DNA from: Synechococcus sp.
Lineage (GTDB): Bacteria; Cyanobacteriota; Cyanobacteriia; PCC-6307; Cyanobiaceae
Assembly (NCBI GenBank): GCA_047285305.1
Contig: JBJBDL010000003.1
Coordinates: 1,152,001-1,216,000, forward strand
DNA: 64,000 nt
Direction: 5' to 3'
The translations under genes were made by a program, and so were the position numbers. Within the stretch, counting starts at the first letter, position 1; the number at the start of each line of letters is the position of its first letter. Below, piece after piece: positions 18,620 to 27,296 of this stretch. Below the pieces are notes generated by a model that was not told where the DNA came from, did not search any database, and saw only the letters and a program-made list of their open reading frames with translations.

Positions 18620-18812
18620 TCCCACCCTCCCCCTATTAAGCACTTCCCTGGAAGCCCTCTGAAGTCCCATTCTCTAGTGAGGGTGAGACTTCTCATCGTT
18701 TAGGTGGTCCTGGTTCGCGCCATAAAGCACCACGGTGTCCTGATTATGTGTTCGTGGAAGTGTTGACGGAAACGATGGTTGTGTTGGTGGAAAATATGTG
18801 TGTTGGTGGAAT
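18620..18812 (+). repeat. Degenerate att copy plus element left end
   Basis: TCCCACCCTCCCCC followed by a block strongly similar to 16229-16390, with TGTTGGTGGAA repeats. Confidence 0.8.
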
Positions 18813-18903
18813 ACTCAAAACCTTTTCCTAGAGTTATTCCATTCCGATATCGATGATTTATCTTCTGACCAATCATTTGAAGCCAAATACCCCTTCCCTT
18901 GTC

Positions 18904-19071
18904 CCGAAGGTGTCTCTGGACTGTGGGCGCTTGCTGCCTGATGGACTTCCTTCGCTGAAGGAGCGTCGGCATCTGAAGAAGAATGTCGCAAAGCAGTTGT
19001 GGAATTCCCTTCAGACGCAGGTATGGAAACCACTCAAAGAACCCGCTTGTGGTGTTGCTGCGGATGTTTGA
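18904..19071 (+). pseudogene. 5'-truncated DUF1651-like gene
   Basis: PKVSLDCGRLLPDGLPSLKERRHLKKNVAKQLWNSLQTQVWK aligns with 7344-7589. Confidence 0.75.
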
Positions 19072-19077
19072 GACGTT

Positions 19078-20346
19078 CGGCAACCCGTCAGCATAAATAC
19101 TCATTCAGTCGTGTTAGACCAGTCGTATCGCATGAGAGCGAGGAACCCAGGAGGTCAATCACTCCTGGGTCTTTCCTTGGAAAATTCTCACGGCACTCAC
19201 AGCGGTCCCACCTCATCGGTGATGGTGGTGGTCGCTGGGCGTCGTCCCGCCCAGCGGCACTTTCAGTCCCCGAAGGAGCGATAGGGATACCGCTACTTTT
19301 TGTTCCCTTAAGGAGTAGTTCCGCTCATGCCCTGGTGCTCTGAAGCGCCTTAGAACGGGAATGAGGTCAGAGACCGCTGAAGCAGTAACCAGGTCTCAAC
19401 GACCTTCAGGGGGGTACCGCTTGCCCCCCTTCTTAATGAGCGGTTCTACTGATGGCGTCAGAGTTTGTAACGGAGCGAACATAAAAGAGCATCATCCGTA
19501 AGAGATGAATGCGTCGAACAGAGCAGAGGGTGGGACCTCTGCTTTTTCTTGGGTTGCTGACCCCAGTAGTCGTTTGGTCGTAATGGCGACGACCAGTAAG
19601 TATTTCTTCAGGCACCTTGTAGCTGCTCCCTTTTGATGAGGGGGTGATGCGTCGAACTGGGAGGGGGTGGGACCCCTCCTTTTTTTGCTGTTTCGTAAAG
19701 AGTGCTCTCGCCTCTGGCTTTGGACAGGTGATGCTGTCTGTGGACCTACTCCCTTGGTTCGACGCATTACCTCCCTTCGTTGGCGGCATTCCTTGCCGCT
19801 TTTTTATTGCCTGCGGGCATAAGACCTGAAGCAGTGGTTCCGCTCATGCATTGGCGCTCTGACTCGCCTTAGAACGGGAATGAGGTCAGAGACCGCTGAA
19901 GCAGTAACCAGGTCTCAACGACCTTTAGGGGGAGGGACCGGTTGCCCCCTTCTCAATGGGCGCTTCTACGGATGGCGGCGCATCTGTTGCGGCGGGAACA
20001 TCTGTTTATCCCTCGTAAGGGGGGATGGATGCGTCATATGGGGAGCGGGTGGGACCGCTCCTTTTTTTGGCAGTTCGTAAACGGCACCCACGGCACCGCT
20101 GACTGCCTGAAGAGGGTGGTGCCGCTGGTAACCCCAGCGTTTTCGACGCGTTAGTCCCCTTGTTTCTGGCGGCACTCCCTGCCGCCCTTTCTTATTGCTT
20201 GCGGGCAACCGAACCAGGAACGGTCCTCAACACCTCTTCTGACGGTTCCCATACACCTCGGGGGAGAGCATCTTGTGGAGGGCAGACGCGTTGAGAGACG
20301 AGGGGTCCATCCTTCTGGGGGGTGAGAGACCCAGAGGTCTTGTTTT
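19078..20346 (+). ncRNA. Putative modular structured ncRNA array, longest copy (A-B-P-C-D-E-F-P-C-D-F2-G)
   Basis: About ten hairpin-terminated units, two promoter motifs, covarying stems, inter-unit complementarity. Confidence 0.72.
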
Positions 20347-20453
20347 GTGGTCTCAGGGTGTCCCACCAGATGTGTTGGTGGAAATGCTGGCCGATTTTAG
20401 AAATACGTCCCTAACAGTCCTAGGAGGTCCTATCCGGACCTCTAATCTGCGTA

Positions 20454-20464
20454 CACCCTCTCCG
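20454..20464 (+). repeat. att copy of tRNA-Ser 3' end (CACCCTCTCCG)
   Basis: Exact 11-mer followed by TATTTA and a left-end block as at 16229. Confidence 0.8.
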
Positions 20465-20627
20465 TATTTATTCAGTCCTGGTCGGTCTTCAGAAGTCCCC
20501 AATCCATTGCGGTGCGTGATTTTTAGGGGTTCCTAGTCCTGGTGAGTTTCTGAAAGTTCCAGGATGTCCCGCGAATGTGTGGGTGGGAATATGGGCGAAT
20601 AAAAATTTGTGGGGTTGAAATGCTGGT

Positions 20628-21479
20628 ATGTCACCCTCTGGCTCGCAAATCTGTTACGTAAATGCAGCCGACAAAAGATAGAAGAAAAGTTGTGGGGACT
20701 CTCTTTTCTTGGTGCTGGAACCCATCGGCAAGGGAGGAGGCAAGTCATTCATGGGAAGGATTCGGTTTCCTCTTAGTCGGACCAATCCTGTTTTGGATGT
20801 TCGGATCGGGGTTTATGGGAAAGGTCCTGGGAAGTGCTCTCTCAGGGAATCAAGAGATGAATGGGCAGCAATCAGGACATGGAGCAGAGAAATCGGTAAA
20901 GATCCCAGGAGAGAAAGAGAGCAGCAGGCACTCCTGGTTCAGAGGAAGATCTCTCCGACCCTTAAACAAGCATGTGAATCGTTCCTCTCTGACTGAACCT
21001 CGGCAAATGAGAGTGGGAAGAGGGAATACAGAAATCTCCTTTGGAACCAGGTTCTTTCTGAGTTCGTTGGGAAGATACCGGTGGAGCACTTCGCCTGGGA
21101 ATACAGGTACTCAGGTGGGAAGACCACCCGGTAACTCATGACCGAATACCTGGGAAGAGTCAGGAAGAAGGAACCCTACTCAGCAAGCAAGCAGCAGATG
21201 GTCCTGAAAGGGGTTTTTTAGAACGCGGTCAATAAGGGGGGAATCAAGGACGGAACGAACCCGTTGGTGCGATCGGTGTTCAGCTCCAAGGACAGGAAGT
21301 TGCGTCAGGTCCAGCACTATCCGTTTCCATTCTGGGGACAACTCCGTTAGTTCTTTGAGGAGTTTGCCCGCAACGAACCGAATTTTCAGTTCTCAAGCCG
21401 TGGTGTGCTTGCTGACCTTCATGACTGATCTGCGGGTGGGTGCGATGTCTGGGATGCGATGGGAAGAGTCGATACGGAA
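20628..21479 (+). pseudogene. P4-family tyrosine integrase pseudogene
   Basis: Arm-binding domain GDSLFLV...GGGKSF...IGVYG...SLRE...GKDP and box-I-like FMTDLRVGAMSGMRWEE, interrupted by stops and frameshifts; C-terminus deleted. Confidence 0.85.
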
Positions 21480-21602
21480 GACGGGGACTTTACAAAGCAA
21501 GTTGCTCTGGGGGCTCGTTCTGTCGTCTGGGTTCGAGCTCAGGTCGAAGACTGGATGTTGTGTAAGATTTCGTGTGAAAATACAAGCATTCATAAAGCAT
21601 AA
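21480..21602 (+). pseudogene. AlpA C-terminal fragment fused to the integrase remnant
   Basis: DGDFTKQVALGARSVVWVRAQVEDWM. Confidence 0.75.
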
Positions 21603-21603
21603 T

Positions 21604-22512
21604 ATGAAAAAACATGTCTTCTATCTCCATCCTAGAAAATGTGGGGGTTCTAGTGTTAACTCTACTCTTCGTAGAATCGGCATCCCTTTTGTAAGTACGT
21701 CGGAGATGATTGTTGATGAATCCGAATTTAATTCTCTATTTCTCTCGAATTATAGCCGTATTTTGATGCATGGACATATTTCCTATATTGGTAAAGGAAA
21801 TCCCAACAAAAATAACGAATTGTTTTCAAAATATGTTAAAAATATTTTTAAGGAGTTTTCACTCATAATGCCAACACGGCATCCTGCAAATCTTGTTCAG
21901 TCTTGGATGCATTACTCAAAGACACGTACGAACAAAATTCTATCTAAGATGCATGCAGAGGAAGTAAATATGCTGACCCTCGCGGAAGAAGATTATCCAA
22001 TGTTGAGACGCATGGCAGCATTAAAGCAGGATACTATTTCGATGAATGATAATTTAGAAATTTCTAATTTTGAAGTTATCTTAAAACAAGAAGACGAGGA
22101 GGAAAATCTTCATAAATTTATAGACTTTCTTTTGAGTAAAAGGTATGAATGGGTGACGTTGAGGTCTATGCAGATTGAGTTAATGGCACCTATGACTAGT
22201 GTTCTTGAAAGAAAAGTGCATTCTGGTTCCTCATATATCATTGATCCACCTCGGACTGATGAGAATCGATTTGTTTTTTATTACGATGTTGAAAATATGG
22301 ACGACCAAGTTTTAAGTCTGTTGGATTTAGTTATTTCTGACAAATTTTCAAAGGTATATCGGTGCACTCGTACCAACCAAAGCGAATCTCCATCAAAAAT
22401 AAAGGCAAGTAACATTCAGTCAGTAGACGATCGATTGAGAAAGTTGATCCCAAATGAATATTTAATTTATAATCTTGGAAGGTTGCCAAATTTTAGTGAT
22501 GTTTGTTTATGA
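21604..22512 (+). CDS. Sulfotransferase-like protein, paralog 2
   Basis: FYLHPRKCGGSSV, MPTRHPANLVQSWMHYSKTR shared with 17334-18227. Confidence 0.7.
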   Translation: MKKHVFYLHPRKCGGSSVNSTLRRIGIPFVSTSEMIVDESEFNSLFLSNYSRILMHGHISYIGKGNPNKNNELFSKYVKNIFKEFSLIMPTRHPANLVQSWMHYSKTRTNKILSKMHAEEVNMLTLAEEDYPMLRRMAALKQDTISMNDNLEISNFEVILKQEDEEENLHKFIDFLLSKRYEWVTLRSMQIELMAPMTSVLERKVHSGSSYIIDPPRTDENRFVFYYDVENMDDQVLSLLDLVISDKFSKVYRCTRTNQSESPSKIKASNIQSVDDRLRKLIPNEYLIYNLGRLPNFSDVCL

Positions 22513-22693
22513 TTATTTGCATTCTTGCGTATAAAACTGTTAGTAATTAAAGAATTGGTTGATCTTGATATCATGCATTCATGATCATCTTGTGAGTCCT
22601 CTTGACTCTACTCAATACACATCGATATTTATTGGGTAGTCATTGTTTTGCATCTACTGCTACTTTTTTGTCTGCTAGTACAATCTTATTTGT

Positions 22694-24046
22694 TTAGCAG
22701 ATGTTTAGGAGCTTTTTAAGGTTTGGAATAATCATTTTATCTGTATTTTGAAAGTAACTGCATGAATTGCAAGGGTTTGGGCTATCCCCTCTTAAGCCGC
22801 TACCTGGTATAAAACGCATATATTTTCTTTGATATAGATCTAAGGCATTATCTTCAAAAGCATTGCCTAGATTTAGGTTTTCCTTGCCTGCATCCATGCA
22901 GCATAGTGTAATCGAACCATCTGCTGCTATTGAAAGATCTTCCCATCTTGTACATCCGAGTTTCTTAAATGCTTTAAGAGGAACACCCATTTCAATTAAT
23001 TTATCTCTTGAATTCTCATTGTAGTTGAACCAATCATTCAACTTAAGCAATGATACTTTGAAATTCGGGAAAAGTCTTGCGCACTCTTCTAGAAACAAAA
23101 GATCGCCAGCTGCGCTTGTGCTTACTCTTGTTAGGACTACTTTTAAGCCATTATTATCTACCTCCCCGATCCTCTTGTGAAGATTAGATATGTTTCTGAT
23201 TGTTCTATCGTAATTTACTTGCATTAATCTTTCATACTTAGCTTTGTCTACAGAGTTTAATGAAATGCTGATAGATATGGGTTTTTTGTTTCTTCTTTTT
23301 TCGCGGCTGCTGCAGTCGATGAGCCAATCAATCTTTTCTTCTGTCATTAAATTTCCATTGCTGATAAGACGTATTTTTGACCCTGGTATTTTGTTTAAAA
23401 TTTCATCGGCAATCCAAGGTAGTCTCTTCTCCAAAAAAGGTTCAGATACCTTGTATGGTTGGATCTGGACATTCCTAGCAGAGGGAATCAAGCTCAGGTC
23501 GGAAATGATTTTCTTAATATTTTCATCGCTCATCTTCTCCCCTTTTCGCGAGAGCGAGTCATATTCACAAAAGCTGCATTTTGCATTGCAAACTGCTTGT
23601 GTTTCTATATGCACGATTTTGGGGTATAGTCGACTGAGTTGGTCCGCTGAAATTGTTTTGCATTTCAGATCAAGAGCACCAAGGGTTGCTATTAAATAGT
23701 GTTCGACTGTTGTTTGTGAAGGAAATCTATGCTGTGCACTTTCTCTGAAAATATTTGCCGCAAGATGCAAGTGCTCATTTTCAATCCCCTTAAGTTCAAT
23801 AAATTTCTTGATTTTACGTTCAATTAATAGGCATGTTTTATTAAGCTTTGCCGGAAATGCAAAACTCATTCTGGCTTCCGACATCAATACACAAGTTATG
23901 ACTACAGTCTTTTCGAAGTCGGCATGATTGTAATCAATTTCTACGCATTTTCTGTAATAACTGTCTAGTAGTTTGATTGTTTGTTTGTCCATCTTCAGCA
24001 ACAAATCCTCATTCCTAGTCAGTATAGAATAATCCAGATTTCCCAT
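22694..24046 (-). CDS. Radical SAM/SPASM-domain protein
   Basis: CNAKCSFC motif; C-terminal CTRW...GSITLCCMD...LGN...CNSC. Confidence 0.88.
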   Translation of the reverse strand: MGNLDYSILTRNEDLLLKMDKQTIKLLDSYYRKCVEIDYNHADFEKTVVITCVLMSEARMSFAFPAKLNKTCLLIERKIKKFIELKGIENEHLHLAANIFRESAQHRFPSQTTVEHYLIATLGALDLKCKTISADQLSRLYPKIVHIETQAVCNAKCSFCEYDSLSRKGEKMSDENIKKIISDLSLIPSARNVQIQPYKVSEPFLEKRLPWIADEILNKIPGSKIRLISNGNLMTEEKIDWLIDCSSREKRRNKKPISISISLNSVDKAKYERLMQVNYDRTIRNISNLHKRIGEVDNNGLKVVLTRVSTSAAGDLLFLEECARLFPNFKVSLLKLNDWFNYNENSRDKLIEMGVPLKAFKKLGCTRWEDLSIAADGSITLCCMDAGKENLNLGNAFEDNALDLYQRKYMRFIPGSGLRGDSPNPCNSCSYFQNTDKMIIPNLKKLLNIC

Positions 24047-24169
24047 TCAAGCTGCTTTGCCCTATTCCTGTACTGCCTGAATTTGACGTCGTACCGCAGA
24101 CTTGTTTGGCAGGAGAGAGCTTGACTCCTCTGTGCCCGTGTTCTAACGAATGTAAAAAACTAACTAGAA

Positions 24170-24379
24170 GTGCGATGGCGTCACAGTGCTTTCTGTGCGT
24201 CAGGGAGGTCCTGGATGAAGGGGATATCTCGTTCATTCATCTATGCGCAGATGGCTGAAGGCGCCTTCCCCAAGCAGATTCACCTGGGTCCTCGCACCAT
24301 TTTCTGGAACGAGCGCGAAGTGGTTCAGTGGATGGAAGAGCGTATGGCATCCAGATGGCCCCTCCAGGTGGGGACCTAA
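24170..24379 (+). CDS. alpA: AlpA-family protein, N-terminus degenerate (possible pseudogene)
   Basis: GISRSFIYAQMAEGAFPKQIHLGPRTIFWNEREVVQWMEERMASR. Confidence 0.7.
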   Translation: MRWRHSAFCASGRSWMKGISRSFIYAQMAEGAFPKQIHLGPRTIFWNEREVVQWMEERMASRWPLQVGT

Positions 24380-24456
24380 ATACCCGTAGAACTCTCTGTT
24401 GGCAATGCACTTATCAGTGCTTTGCCTTTATTTGTGCCTATTCCATAAAGAAAGCG

Positions 24457-24688
24457 GTTGTTCCGCTCATGCCCCAGTGGTTTGACGTTGCTTATAACGG
24501 AGTTGAGCTCAGAGACCGATGAGCCACAAAGCAGGTCCCTATGACCTTTAGGGAGGTGCCGATTGCCATCCTTGTCAATGGGCGCTTCTACGGATGGTGA
24601 GACAGGAGGGTTCGGGGAGCATTGAGTCAACCTTCTTTAGGGGGAGGGGACGCGTCATGAGCGGAGCGGGTGGGAACGCTCTTTTTTT
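24457..24688 (+). ncRNA. Divergent array copy (promoter motif plus units C and D)
   Basis: GTTGTTCCGCTCAT-N22-TATAAC; CAGAGACCG; AATGGGCGCTTCTACGGATGG; GTGGGA-loop hairpin plus T7. Confidence 0.68.
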
Positions 24689-24855
24689 GTGCTTGAAATC
24701 GTTTAGGGCATCCCCTTCGTGAGATCGCGTAGGGCACTCCCTCAGTCCAGTGCTGTCCCGCGCCGTTTAATGGGCGTGTTAGGTAATGTGTAGCTGGTTT
24801 CAAGCAACATCACCCTGAGGTTGTCCAGGACTTTGTGAGTGCTTCCATAGAATTG

Positions 24856-24880
24856 GTGAATTAAACTTTCACCCTCTTCG
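24856..24880 (+). repeat. Distal att copy (right island boundary)
   Basis: GTGAA-TTAAACT-TTCAC-CCTCTTCG, similar to 16204-16228. Confidence 0.75.
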
Positions 24881-25012
24881 TTTTTATTGATCATTAACAA
24901 AGAGATTGCTTGATCAAGAGTTAATAAGCCAAGGTAATTGATGGCTTATCGCAAATTCCTAGAGCTTCGAACGTATTCATAGGGCTTTTTAGCGGATGTG
25001 TCGGTCCTGTTT

Positions 25013-25270
25013 TTATGAATGAAACAGCAGCACTAGACCCTGCTCCACTTGATGAAATTCTCGTTCCTCTCGGCTGAGGTCGAGCCCCACATTGAGCCCT
25101 TCTTTCAGTGCGTCCTCAAAGGGTGGTGTCGATGGCGCAGCGCTGTCAATCCAAAGTGCCGCAATACCTACCGCTGTGGCATGCCAACGGAATCGGCTCG
25201 TTGTGCCGATGTCCGGTTCATTCAATGCCTCCTCCAGGAGGATGTTGATGGTGAGGTTCGTGCTGGACAT
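25013..25270 (-). CDS. Conserved picocyanobacterial hypothetical protein
   Basis: EPDIGTTSRFRWHATAVGIAALW...GLDLSREEREFHQ; core-like GC. Confidence 0.7.
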   Translation of the reverse strand: MSSTNLTINILLEEALNEPDIGTTSRFRWHATAVGIAALWIDSAAPSTPPFEDALKEGLNVGLDLSREEREFHQVEQGLVLLFHS

Positions 25271-25346
25271 GTGCACCAGCATCGTGATCTCGGCCTGCTC
25301 CTGCAATGAGCTGAGAGACTTCGTAGCGTTAGTTCATTCCAGCAGG

Positions 25347-26499
25347 GTGTCCTCGGCTTCGGATGACCTCCCGCAGCGCATCGCTTTGCTTCATGAGTGG
25401 TTCTCGCTTCGTTCTGTCGGTGGTGCAGACCAGGATGTTCAAGAGGTTGATTCCCTTCTGTGCCGCCTCGGTTGTGAGCCGCAGATGGAGGCCCTGATTG
25501 ACGTCGAATCTCAACGTCCGGGCAGTTGGTTGCACGGACGATCCGTCCTCACCAGCCCGGTTCAGCGCCAGCCGTGGGGGCGCAGCCATGTGCAGAAGCA
25601 CCTGCCGCTGCTGCCCTTTGCCATCGAACAGATCGATCTTGGCGCTGCTGAGCTGGTGATCAGCAGCAGCCACCTGGTAGCCAAGGGTGTGCTGACGGCT
25701 CCGGACTGGCTGCACATCAGTTATGTGCACCCGTGCGTTACGCCTGGGACTTGATGCACGCTTATATGCAGTGTTCGGCGCTGGCTTGGCGTGGTCTGGG
25801 CCCTTTGATTCGCTGGCAGTTGCATGCTCTGCGGCAATGGGACCAACTCAGTGCTCAGCGGGTGGATTACCTCATTGCCAACTCCCGTTTCACGGCGCGT
25901 CGAATCCGTAAGTACTGGGGGCGGGAAACCAGCGTGATCCATCCCCCCGTGGAGGTGGAGTGCTTTCACTAGAAGGCCGATCGAGACGACGTCTACCCCT
26001 GCTTTTGGTGGGGGATGGTCCGAAGAAGGCGCGATTGGAGGCTCTGGCTGGTCCCACGGTCACCTTGCTAGGCCCTCAGTCCCAGCAGTAGGTGGAAGAG
26101 CTCGTGGCCCGTTGTGGGGCATTTGTGAGCGCCGGCTTGGAGGACTTCGGCATTGCTCCGGTGGAAGCAATGGCGTCCGGAGCTCCGGTGATTGGGTTGG
26201 GGCGGGGTGGTTCGTTGGACACGGCGCGTTGTGCGGCTGCCGGGGTTCCTGAGCCCACTGGGGTGCTGTTCCCGGAACAAAGCGTCGAGTCGTTGTTGCA
26301 GGCCGTGGAGTGGTTTGGACAAGAACGCATTTGGCGTTCTTTGGATGCAGAAGCCATTCGTGCGTGGGGCGAGCACTTCAGCCAGGAAGCCTTCGCGGCG
26401 CGCTTTGAATTGGCTTTGCGAACAGCCTGGAGTGCCAATCAGCGGGGCTGTGCCGTTGCAGCGAGTGACCCTGCGGAGATGTCAGAGCTGCACCTGTGA
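25347..26499 (+). pseudogene. Glycosyltransferase family 4 pseudogene
   Basis: IALLHEW...SSSHLVAKG...SYVH, RYAWD...ANSRFTARRI and EDFGIAPVEAMASGAPVIG split across frames; frameshift ~25731, TAG stops at 25970, 26068, 26088; internal deletion ~26000. Confidence 0.85.
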
Positions 26500-26530
26500 C
26501 GTTGAGTGTTGTTAGTCCCAGGTTGAGCCT

Positions 26531-27289
26531 TTGACCTCGGCCTCCCGGCCATCCTTGATTCAGTCTCCAGGGCGTGCAGCTCGCCGTGGCAAGTTCAAGC
26601 AGCACCTTGCGCTGATCTCAGCCCCGCCATCGGATCTGTCGACCGGCACGCTTATCCGCCATCAGAACCGTTGGGGCCGAGTCTTTAAGCGCACTGGAGA
26701 CATTGTTTTTTCACTCGTCGTACTCAGCATCGGTTCACCGGTGTTGCTGCTTCTGGCGGGATTGGTGAAGCTCAGTTCACCGGGGCCTGTGTTTTACGTA
26801 CAGCGTCGGGTTGGACGGAGCTACCAACGTTTTGGCTGCATCAAGTTCCGCACCATGCGGGCTGATGCGGATGCCGTTCTTGCTCGCGTTCTGGAGGCAG
26901 ATTCCTCGCTGTGTGCTGAGTTCGAGCGTGACTTCAAGTTGAAACGTGATCCCCGAATCACTCCCCTGGGCCGTTTCCTGCGCCGCTCGAGTCTTGATGA
27001 GCTTCCACAGTTTTTGAATGTTCTTCGTGGGGAGATGAGCGTGGTCGGTCCACGCCCAATCGTCGAGAAAGAACTAGTTCGTTATGGCCCTTATATGGAT
27101 GAAGTCGCCTCAGTCCGCCCTGGGTTGACCGGCCTTTGGCAAGTTAGTGGCAGAAACAACTTGAGTTACAAGAAACGGGTCAAGCTTGATCTGGCCTATG
27201 CCCGTGGTCGTTCGTTTGCCCTTGACTTTGCCATCATCCTGCGAACATTTGGTGTGCTGCTCCTGCCGATGGATCGAGGTGCTTACTGA
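26531..27289 (+). CDS. Bacterial sugar transferase (WcaJ/WbaP-like phosphoglycosyltransferase)
   Basis: KRTGDIV, KFRTM, DPRITPLG.FLRRSSLDELPQFLNVLRGEMSVVGPRP, PGLTGLWQVSGRN. Confidence 0.93.
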   Translation: MTSASRPSLIQSPGRAARRGKFKQHLALISAPPSDLSTGTLIRHQNRWGRVFKRTGDIVFSLVVLSIGSPVLLLLAGLVKLSSPGPVFYVQRRVGRSYQRFGCIKFRTMRADADAVLARVLEADSSLCAEFERDFKLKRDPRITPLGRFLRRSSLDELPQFLNVLRGEMSVVGPRPIVEKELVRYGPYMDEVASVRPGLTGLWQVSGRNNLSYKKRVKLDLAYARGRSFALDFAIILRTFGVLLLPMDRGAY

Positions 27290-27296
27290 CTTGTGC

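Larger units (their letters stand above)
6706..24880. mobile_element. tRNA-Ser genomic island: tandem array of four decayed P4-like integrase/AlpA integrative elements
   Basis: tRNA 3'-end copies at 16204, 18620, 20454, 24856; conserved left ends; integrase and AlpA remnants; low-GC cargo. Confidence 0.85.

Noticed and set aside
19078..20346. CRISPR array interpretation
   Set aside because: No identical repeats at constant period, no unique fixed-length spacers, no cas genes in the window
21355..21603. 385 aa ORF as a real integrase-sulfotransferase fusion
   Set aside because: The N-terminal 83 codons are integrase debris plus out-of-frame alpA; the paralog at 17334 indicates the true start is 21604
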